DNA of 5,472 nucleotides from a virus (Duplodnaviria; Heunggongvirae; Uroviricota; Caudoviricetes): IMG/VR virus record IMGVR_UViG_2740892370_000011; one strand, 5' to 3'. Shown piece by piece: positions 1 to 5,472 of this stretch (position 1 is its first letter; each line of letters starts with the position of its first letter). The notes under the pieces were generated by a model. It saw only the letters and a program-made list of their open reading frames with translations, ran no database searches and was not told where the DNA came from. The position numbers and the translations under genes were made by a program.

Positions 1-61
1 TAGTCATCCTGTTTACCTCTTTCTCAGGGAGTTTAGTCTCCAGGATTTCCGGGGCGGTTCA
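1..61 (-). mobile_element. Terminus (inverted repeat plus start of orfA) of an IS3-family insertion sequence, IS629/IS3411-like; the element continues beyond the window start
   Basis: Minus strand from 61 reads TGAACCGCCCCGGAAATCCTGGAGACTAAACTCCCTGAGAAAGAGGTAAACAGG-ATG-ACT. The TGAACCGCCCCGG terminus matches my recollection of IS629-type inverted repeats. A strong SD (AAAGAGG) precedes an ATG at 7..5 that runs off the window. The yeeJ reading frame ends exactly at this junction. Identity is from memory, not a search. Confidence 0.55.
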
Positions 62-205
62 CACACCTTGTGCTGCCGCAGCCATAGGGAACGCAAGTTG
101 AGTTATCAGGCAGATACCCGCAGTTAAGCGGCGTAGTTTAATTCCCATCCCGCATAAGATTTGTCGGTCATTTATTTCTTCTCCACTTCTCTTCTTCGTA
201 GCCAT
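59..205 (-). pseudogene. yeeJ: 5' fragment (48 codons) of inverse-autotransporter adhesin gene yeeJ, truncated by the IS insertion
   Basis: ATG at 205..203 with SD GGAAGG 7 nt upstream. The translation MATKKRSGEEINDRQILCGMGIKLRRLTAGICLITQLAFPMAAAAQGV matches my recollection of the YeeJ N-terminus and has a signal-peptide-like hydrophobic stretch. The frame stops at TGA 61..59, which is the first triplet of the IS terminus, whereas intact YeeJ is over 2000 aa. The position (next to asnT) fits K-12 gene order mtfA-asnT-yeeJ. Confidence 0.5.
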
Positions 206-398
206 GCTTACCTTCCCTGAACGAGCTAACATAAATGCGCCCTTTCTAGCACAGCGAAAAAATGTAAATCCTGATAGCAATATGATTGAAAATTAATAAC
301 TTTTCGTTAGGCAGTTTTGGGTGTGAGTTGCAAGAGGGGAGACTACTGAATAACTCAAGTTTTATAATCGAGGGGAAAATGGTGATGGCGTTCATAGC

Positions 399-429
399 AA
401 AACGCCCTCAACCATAAAGGTCGAGGGCG
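399..429 (-). terminator. Candidate rho-independent terminator downstream of tRNA-Asn
   Basis: Minus strand reads CGCCCTCGACC-UUUAU-GGUUGAGGGCG-UUUU: an 11-bp GC-rich stem (one G-U pair) with a 5-nt loop, followed by a short U-tract. It lies about 90 nt 3' of the tRNA-Asn end. Confidence 0.4.
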
Positions 430-518
430 CTTAAGATGTTAAAAACCCGCTATCCGTTAAAAAACAATGTTCAACTAAGGTCAGTGACATTGCGCTAAAA
501 AAGCGAATTTTTAGAATT

Positions 519-594
519 TGGCTCCTCTGACTGGACTCGAACCAGTGACATACGGATTAACAGTCCGCCGTTCTACCGACTGAACTACAGAGGA
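519..594 (-). tRNA. asnT: tRNA-Asn (anticodon GUU), 76 nt with encoded CCA
   Basis: Reverse complement is TCCTCTGTAGTTCAGTCGGTAGAACGGCGGACTGTTAATCCGTATGTCACTGGTTCGAGTCCAGTCAGAGGAGCCA, the canonical E. coli tRNA-Asn, with anticodon loop CUGUUAA. The copy is named asnT because it sits immediately 3' of mtfA. Confidence 0.95.
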
Positions 595-605
595 ATCGTG
601 TGAAC

Positions 606-641
606 GGGGCGCATATTACTTAGCGGTACCTTGTCTGTCAA
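606..641 (-). promoter_or_regulatory. sigma70 promoter of tRNA-Asn with GC-rich discriminator (stringent-type)
   Basis: Minus strand: -35 TTGACA (636..641), 17-bp spacer, -10 TAATAT (613..618), then discriminator GCGCCCC (606..612). The predicted start is about 10 nt upstream of the mature tRNA 5' end at 594. Confidence 0.6.
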
Positions 642-694
642 CACTAAATTTCATAAGTCATTTCAATTGGTTAATTAATCTGCAAAGTTGTTAA

Positions 695-1492
695 TTAATG
701 AACATTCGTCGCCGAAAACGAGTCTGTATCATTAGTGCGATGCAGTCTCTGCAAAGGATCTTGTTGATAAAATTGGCAGAAACGTTGCCACAATGAAGGG
801 AAACGAGGAGCAAAAAGTTCTGGGGCGCTAAAGAAATATTCAGAAAGTACGGCAAAACATTCAGCAGGATCACTGGCAGCATAAGCATCAATGCTCGCCG
901 CATTCTCGCCAACCAATTCGATTTCTTCCTGAATGTTGTTCATTGCAGCATGAAGATCGTGTTCCCAGCCAGCAACCTCACGCAACGGAATAAAGGGAAC
1001 TCCGCTGGCGCGATCGCCGTTACGGGTGTCCAGCTTATGAGCGACTTCATGAATAATCAGGTTAAAACCAGAAGCATCAAAAGAATCTTGTATATCCAAC
1101 CAGTTCAAAACGATAGGCCCTTGCTGCCAGCTCTGACCTGACTGAACAATACGTTGGTTATGCACCAGACCGATATCGTCTTCCCATTCATCATCGACCA
1201 CAAATGGCGCAGGATAAATTAAGACTTCATGAAAACCATCCAGCCATTCCAGTCCTAACTCCAGAACGGGTAGGCAAAATAGAAGTGCTATCCGGCAGCT
1301 TCTTAATGAATCCAGTTCAAAGCCCTGTAAAGGAACAAGCCGCTTTTGCTGTAAAAAACGTTCGGCAAGAGTGACTAATTTGCTTTGTTCCTGTTCCGTC
1401 AGACACGTTAAAAGGGGGATCGATAGTGCTTCCTGCCAGGGAAGGGCAGTTTGATGTGCTGATTCTTGTACTTTCCAGGGCCACTTAATCAT
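695..1492 (-). CDS. mtfA: MtfA (Mlc titration factor A), zinc-dependent peptidase, 265 aa
   Basis: The ORF-track entry 695..1531 is trimmed to the internal Met (ATG 1492..1490) that gives the known N-terminus [10 protein letters not shown]. It carries the HExxH zinc motif ([11 protein letters not shown]) and matches E. coli MtfA/YeeI along its whole length as I recall it. Stop is TAA at 697..695. Confidence 0.9.
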
Positions 1493-1585
1493 CGTTTTGC
1501 TCGCAAACTCGTCACTTGAACAAAATTGCACGGACAGGGACTGTTAAAATGCCAAATTTCCTGGCATCATGGCAACCATCTGAAC

Positions 1586-1675
1586 GGAGAGATGCCGGAG
1601 CGGCTGAACGGACCGGTCTCGAAAACCGGAGTGGGGGCAACTCCACCGGGGGTTCAAATCCCCCTCTCTCCGCCA
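1586..1675 (+). tRNA. serU: tRNA-Ser (anticodon CGA), 90 nt, long variable arm, encoded CCA
   Basis: GGAGAGATGCCGGAGCGGCTGAACGGACCGGTCTCGAAAACCGGAGTGGGGGCAACTCCACCGGGGGTTCAAATCCCCCTCTCTCCGCCA. The 7-bp acceptor stem pairs GGAGAGA with TCTCTCC and the anticodon loop is CUCGAAA. Divergent from mtfA as in K-12. Confidence 0.93.
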
Positions 1676-1720
1676 AAATTCAATCACTTATACATCATTA
1701 AGTCAGTGACAAAAATCACA

Positions 1721-1756
1721 CTTGGAATTACTTGGAATATTTTCTTGGAATATTTT
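1721..1756. repeat. Tandem direct repeats: CTTGGAATATTTT twice (1731..1743, 1744..1756) preceded by partial copy CTTGGAATTA (1721..1730)
   Basis: Read directly from the sequence. The repeats lie 46-81 bp 3' of serU and overlap the last 9 codons and stop of the integrase gene. Confidence 0.7.
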
Positions 1757-2753
1757 CAGGTAACGGGACATCAAGTGTCGGTGAAACTTTAACCTTCCTG
1801 TCATAGATTAGCACTTGCCCCTCGGTTTTGTGACCAGAGAAAAGTTGCTTATCCCGACTGCTTCCTTCATAGTCTGAAATTCCTTTCGCCTTCAGATCAT
1901 GAAAGGTGAAGTCGGTTAAAATACCTGAAATTTTGCCTGCGCGATTTCTTGCTTCTACCCACATTTCGTTAAAGCCTTTGTACATATATCGGTTGCCGTA
2001 TTGATTACTGATTACATAGGCGGATGTTGGTAACTGTTTTGCTTTTTCGATCGCCGCCTGTAATCGTGGACTCCATGCTTTTATCTGTTTTTTTCCTGTT
2101 TTCCCTTGCTGGATAAAGATTCCGTCGTTTCCAATCTGCTCCCATTTCAGCGATAACACATCGGAAACCCTCGCTGCACACAGATAGGCAATTTCCATTG
2201 CGATAAAAACAGGAAGAGGTGCAACGCTTAATACTGCCTGGTATTCTTTGTCGGTTACATATCGTTCGCGGTTTTTGGCCTTGAATTTACTTACACCTGC
2301 ACATGGGTTACCTTTCACGTACCCTCGCTCATACCCCCAACTGTAAACGCGGGACATACTGCTTTTTTCATGGTTGGCTTGCGTTTTACTCTGCTCCCCT
2401 CTCTTGTCCATGTATCGACGGATGTGTTCTGGTTTTATGGAATCTGCCGGCACCTTACCGAATACGGCAAGCAACTTTTTTTGATGTTGTAGATAATCTT
2501 TTTGTGTTCTTGGACTGAGGTCACTGTAATAGGCGCTGGCGAGGAATTTTTCCCACAAGCGACCGAATGTCATTGCGCGATCGCGATTATTTACAGTTTC
2601 CTCATACCTTTTCCATAAAGCAGCTAAACCATCCTTGATGGCGGTTAGTGTGACAGATTCTCTGGATGTTGGTTTCCATACATAACTATATTTATTTGGG
2701 TATACATTTGGAGGTAGTTTTTCGTGTTCAGGATTTTTCCTTCGTCTTCCCAT
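1728..2753 (-). CDS. int: Lambda-family tyrosine integrase (site-specific recombinase), 341 aa, with N-terminal arm-binding domain
   Basis: N-terminus MGRRRKNPEHEKLPPNVY resembles the lambda/HK022 Int arm-binding domain. Catalytic-domain landmarks: box I Arg (AARVSDVLSLKWEQI), beta-hairpin Lys (QGKTGKKQIKAW), box II HDLK, then GHKTEGQVLIYDR with His and the Tyr nucleophile 9 residues apart as in lambda Int. It sits next to the 3' end of a tRNA gene. Confidence 0.92.
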   Translation of the reverse strand: MGRRRKNPEHEKLPPNVYPNKYSYVWKPTSRESVTLTAIKDGLAALWKRYEETVNNRDRAMTFGRLWEKFLASAYYSDLSPRTQKDYLQHQKKLLAVFGKVPADSIKPEHIRRYMDKRGEQSKTQANHEKSSMSRVYSWGYERGYVKGNPCAGVSKFKAKNRERYVTDKEYQAVLSVAPLPVFIAMEIAYLCAARVSDVLSLKWEQIGNDGIFIQQGKTGKKQIKAWSPRLQAAIEKAKQLPTSAYVISNQYGNRYMYKGFNEMWVEARNRAGKISGILTDFTFHDLKAKGISDYEGSSRDKQLFSGHKTEGQVLIYDRKVKVSPTLDVPLPENIPRKYSK

Positions 2754-2956
2754 CAGATTGCACCAAAATTCGGCTCTACCTCGCGTGGTGGTAAAGTTTT
2801 ATTGCAGGTAAATAGATCCCGGCTGACAATCGGTTTGCCACTACGATTGGTATAGAACGGAAGCCCGTTTTCCGTTAACCATTTTCGCTGGTGGCTTGCA
2901 TATTTGCAGCCCGTTAATATTAGCAATTCATCTTCGGTTAAAAATAAGCTACTCAT
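2753..2956 (-). CDS. xis: Small excisionase-like / DUF4224-type prophage protein (67 aa), translationally coupled to int
   Basis: Small ORF immediately upstream of int on the same strand. Its stop and the int start overlap as TGATG (2755..2751). The sequence MSSLFLTEDELLILTGCKYASHQRKWLTENGLPFYTNRSGKPIV fits the pattern I recall for short Xis-like proteins that precede integrases in enterobacterial prophages. Confidence 0.7.
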   Translation of the reverse strand: MSSLFLTEDELLILTGCKYASHQRKWLTENGLPFYTNRSGKPIVSRDLFTCNKTLPPREVEPNFGAI

Positions 2957-2973
2957 AGCTATATCTCATAACC

Positions 2974-2999
2974 GCCGCTAACTATATACGGTTAGCGGC
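2974..2999 (-). other. Perfect 9-bp stem / 8-nt loop hairpin in the 58-bp gap between the nuclease gene and xis
   Basis: GCCGCTAAC (2974..2982) pairs with GTTAGCGGC (2991..2999) across loop TATATACG. There is no U-tract on either strand, so it is not a canonical intrinsic terminator. Confidence 0.5.
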
Positions 3000-3014
3000 A
3001 ATTAGGGTTGAACA

Positions 3015-5472
3015 TTAAAAATCAGCCTGACTCGGGATCAGTTTTTGCCAGATAACTGAAACGTATTTTGCCTGGTAACGGGCGTCATCAAGTGCATTAT
3101 GGCGCTCACCTTCGAATGGAATAGCCATTCTGGCATCGAAGTCTATGGCTTTCCCCAGCTCAACGATTGTGCGTACATCGCGATCGTTGTAGTAACGCCA
3201 CGGGCAGGGGATCCCCTGCCGTTCGTATGAACGGCGCAAAATCGTGTTGTCGAAGTTGGCTCCATTTCCCCAGACCTGAACAAAAAATTCACCGGAGTTT
3301 TCGTCGATAAATTCCCGCAATTGTAACAGTGCATCATCTAACGGGATTTCATCGGTCATAATGGCAGATTGCGCTTCGCGTGATTGCTTAAGCCACCATT
3401 TAATGGTGTCCCGATCAATGACTCCGCCAGCAGTTTCCAGATCGATAGTCTTACTAAATTCCGGTCCCATATCTCCGGTTTGCGGATCGAAAAATATTGC
3501 ACCTATTGAGATAATCGGGGCATCGGGATTTTTTCCCATGGTTTCAAGGTCGATCATCAGATGAATCCCCGCTCTGCTGGTGGATGTGAGATTATGATGA
3601 CCGTTCGCCTTAATTAAGGGATCTGACGCCTCGCCAGTTTCACTATCGCTGGCATGATGCTGATTGCCGCCAGTGTTCTCCTTGTGCTGATGCGCAGTGC
3701 CTTCCATTTCCTCCGGATCATTTTCCTGAACTTCAGGCTGATTCTCTCCATCGAATATTTCCTGGTATGTTGCGTCACCCATCACCGCACCACAATCAGG
3801 GCAGTTGCCGCCACCGCTCTGACCGCAGGCGGTGCAGATCTTTTCCGGTTCCTGTTGCACTACTGGTTCAGGTTGTTTCGTTTCTGGCTCGTTTTGTTGC
3901 GTATTTGGGCTGTTTTGTTCCGCTTTCTGGTCGTTCTGTTCCGTTTCTTGCTGGTTCTGGTTCACAGAATCGCGGGTCTGGATCCCCTTAACCCATTTCG
4001 GATCATTCGGGTCGCTAATCCCTTCAACAAATTCACCACGTGATACTGCAAGCAGTTCATCGGCGTCAGGCTGGCTGATATTGGCTGCCTGCATAATTTT
4101 GTTTACTTCGTCAGCGGTAACTTTTACTGACCCTGGTTGTGCGGTCGTGTCAGATGCACCAGTATTTTGTTGTGAACCTGAGTATGTACCGTTTTTGCGG
4201 GCGAAATATTCTTCTTTCGTGATTTCAGTAGCCCCAGCAGACAGCGCCTTATCCAGACCAGAAAGTTTGTTTGCGCGACCGTATTTTTCGCCATCCTTGT
4301 CGGTGAAGAGGAAGTAGAACGGCCCCTCACGCTCTACAGATGGTTCAGCTTCCGGCGCGGTTTCATTTTTTGGGATATCAGATACCTCAGTTTCCACTGC
4401 ATCAGTTTGTGTTTCTGATGACTGGAGAACATCAACAGTGCCCAGGTCTGTTTCTTCATTCTCAAACACGCCCTTTGTCGTCAGGTATTCGCAGATATAT
4501 TTGTTCAGTGCTACGGGATCTTTGTGAATGTCGATCGGACGTTCACGGACAAGGCCAAAAATAGTCTGGCGGTCGTAGCGAAGGGCATCAGGCTGTTTGC
4601 GCATTGATGCCGAGATACGCTTCCAGTCTTCGCGGCCGTTGTCGATAACTTCATTTTTTGCCCAGCGATGGATGCTGCCGTCAATGTTTCCGGCATCCAC
4701 ATCACCAGGCCAGAGAGCGTAGGCCAGTTCGTCATCCAGTGTTTTCCATGTCTGCTTGTATTCGCGATGAATGGCAGCAATGACCGGGCTGATTTTTCCT
4801 GTTGAATTTTCAGTGTACTGTTGATTGGCTCTGGCGCGGGCGAGATCAACAACAGACGTGTATTTTCCGGTTTCCTTGCGTTCACCTTCGCGACGTTTTT
4901 TCCAGATGCGCATCTCTGCCTGAATTTCGGGCCATTTAGCACCAGGAATACATTTATGCTTAACCCACCCAATGGCGTGCAACTTAAGCTCCGGATACAT
5001 GGTGTTAACTTCTGGCATTTTCATCAACGCTTCAACGATATGTCCGTCGAATGTTGCCATGTCTTCCTGCAACAATTCCTGTGCGCTAATCACCATATCA
5101 ACGGTGATGTTTTCACATGTGTCGAACTTAACCATGACAGCGTTCTGTACTTCAGGGGCCAGCTTGTCAAAAGTGACGTTCATCGGATAGGATTCAGTCT
5201 CAACCGGGACAAAAGAAGCAGACTCCTCATCCCAGCGGTTTTCCTGCATATATTCAGCATCCCATGAATCGAGGGCAGGGCGGGGTATGCCAGGTTTATC
5301 CTCGCAGACAATAAATTTATAAGCGCAGTCCTGAGCAGCCGGATAATGTTCCAGGAATTGCCAGTGAAATTTTGCGCGGGCGCGACATTCATCACCGGCT
5401 TCAATGGCAGTGGCTACAGCGACTGCACCTTCTTCCTTTATTGCCTGTTCGTCCGGAATGGCGGCGCAAATA
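3015..5472 (-). CDS. Large acidic prophage protein (over 818 aa, 5'-partial) with C-terminal DEDDh (DnaQ/RNase T-like) 3'-5' exonuclease domain, internal Cys4 zinc ribbon and Q/E/N-rich repeat linker
   Basis: The frame is open from stop TAA 3017..3015 to the window edge: 74 sense codons lie upstream of the first in-window ATG (5249), so the true start is probably outside the window. C-terminal motifs: Exo I IDLET (about 3543..3551), Exo II WGNGANFDNTIL, Exo III HNALDDARY (H-x4-D). Zinc ribbon CTACGQSGGGNCPDCG at 3792..3836. Proteins at this position in EHEC prophages are often labelled exonuclease VIII-like, but I cannot verify family membership. Confidence 0.8.
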   Translation of the reverse strand, partial: ICAAIPDEQAIKEEGAVAVATAIEAGDECRARAKFHWQFLEHYPAAQDCAYKFIVCEDKPGIPRPALDSWDAEYMQENRWDEESASFVPVETESYPMNVTFDKLAPEVQNAVMVKFDTCENITVDMVISAQELLQEDMATFDGHIVEALMKMPEVNTMYPELKLHAIGWVKHKCIPGAKWPEIQAEMRIWKKRREGERKETGKYTSVVDLARARANQQYTENSTGKISPVIAAIHREYKQTWKTLDDELAYALWPGDVDAGNIDGSIHRWAKNEVIDNGREDWKRISASMRKQPDALRYDRQTIFGLVRERPIDIHKDPVALNKYICEYLTTKGVFENEETDLGTVDVLQSSETQTDAVETEVSDIPKNETAPEAEPSVEREGPFYFLFTDKDGEKYGRANKLSGLDKALSAGATEITKEEYFARKNGTYSGSQQNTGASDTTAQPGSVKVTADEVNKIMQAANISQPDADELLAVSRGEFVEGISDPNDPKWVKGIQTRDSVNQNQQETEQNDQKAEQNSPNTQQNEPETKQPEPVVQQEPEKICTACGQSGGGNCPDCGAVMGDATYQEIFDGENQPEVQENDPEEMEGTAHQHKENTGGNQHHASDSETGEASDPLIKANGHHNLTSTSRAGIHLMIDLETMGKNPDAPIISIGAIFFDPQTGDMGPEFSKTIDLETAGGVIDRDTIKWWLKQSREAQSAIMTDEIPLDDALLQLREFIDENSGEFFVQVWGNGANFDNTILRRSYERQGIPCPWRYYNDRDVRTIVELGKAIDFDARMAIPFEGERHNALDDARYQAKYVSVIWQKLIPSQADF
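3881..3964 (-). repeat. Imperfect 21-bp in-frame tandem repeats (about 4 units) inside the nuclease CDS, encoding a Q/E/N/P-rich heptad-like linker
   Basis: Units TTTCTGGCTCGTTTTGTTGCG / TATTTGGGCTGTTTTGTTCCG / CTTTCTGGTCGTTCTGTTCCG / TTTCTTGCTGGTTCTGGTTCA on the + strand, translating on the minus strand to roughly TEQNDQK-AEQNSPN-TQQNEPE-TKQPEPV. Confidence 0.6.

Noticed and set aside
379-417. 12-codon mini-ORF on the + strand (MVMAFIAKRPQP) with a strong SD (GAGGGG), ending inside the hairpin at 399..429
   Set aside because: No downstream gene on that strand (asnT and yeeJ are both minus) and too short to assess. The hairpin is better explained as a minus-strand terminator. A leader-peptide role cannot be fully excluded.
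670-699. Direct repeat of palindromic GTTAATTAAT (670..679 and 690..699) at the mtfA stop codon
   Set aside because: AT-rich, short, and contains the TAA stop. Likely low-complexity intergenic sequence, though it could be a small operator between the asnT promoter and the mtfA end.
691-1141. ORFs 691..912 (-) and 950..1141 (+) inside or antisense to mtfA
   Set aside because: Both are alternative-frame or antisense reads of a well-supported gene, short and low-complexity.
1493-1531. N-terminal 13-codon extension of the mtfA ORF ([13 protein letters not shown]) given in the ORF track
   Set aside because: Known MtfA begins [10 protein letters not shown], and the internal ATG at 1492 gives the expected 265-aa protein. 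The extension is just the open frame upstream of the true start.
1493-1585. Search for a canonical sigma70 promoter for serU in the mtfA-serU divergent region
   Set aside because: An extended -10-like TGTTAAAAT (1542..1550) exists but no -35 at proper spacing (TTGAAC at 1516..1521 is 23 bp away; TTGCAC at 1526..1531 is 13 bp away). Too ambiguous to annotate.
480-1711. 10-mer GTCAGTGACA present at 480..489 and 1702..1711, partially echoing tRNA-Asn sequence
   Set aside because: About 14 chance 10-mer matches are expected in a 5.5-kb window and there is no extended flanking similarity, so it is not evidence of att-site duplication.
1516-1792. Plus-strand ORFs 1516..1701 and 1526..1792
   Set aside because: They overlap tRNA-Ser and the int 3' end, have no convincing RBS and no recognisable protein features. 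They are ORF-finder artefacts over an RNA gene.
2303-2518. Plus-strand ORF antisense to the integrase
   Set aside because: Lies fully inside the int coding region on the opposite strand, with no start signal and no motifs.
3881-3964. Possibility that the short tandem repeats are a CRISPR array or minisatellite element
   Set aside because: The units are contiguous with no spacers, imperfect, in-frame and inside a long ORF. They encode a low-complexity linker.
3143-5404. Cluster of short ORFs overlapping the nuclease gene on both strands (3143..3337, 3361..3564, 3654..4043, 3767..3991, 3832..4317, 4124..4330, 4340..4564, 4511..4972, 4821..5267, 4972..5190, 5180..5404)
   Set aside because: All lie within the single long minus-strand ORF. 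Several are low-complexity translations of the repeat region in the wrong frame or strand. The 2.4-kb continuous frame is the parsimonious gene.

Overview
This window looks like an Enterobacterial (E. coli-type) chromosomal tRNA locus with the left end of a lambdoid prophage integrated at tRNA-Ser. Reading left to right: (1) the terminus of an IS3-family insertion sequence (IS629/IS3411-like) that truncates the 5' end of the adhesin gene yeeJ; (2) tRNA-Asn (GUU, asnT position) with a textbook sigma70 promoter and a candidate intrinsic terminator; (3) mtfA; (4) divergently, tRNA-Ser (CGA, serU); (5) directly 3' of serU, a co-directional minus-strand prophage module: lambda-type tyrosine integrase, a small Xis-like protein translationally coupled to it, and a large acidic multi-domain protein (over 818 aa, 5'-partial at the window edge) ending in a DEDDh 3'-5' exonuclease domain. 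I see no CRISPR array and no recognisable multi-gene defence cluster. The most unusual object is the large nuclease, together with several sequence oddities listed as findings. All family assignments come from reading motifs and from memory of E. coli K-12 proteins; no database search was run.
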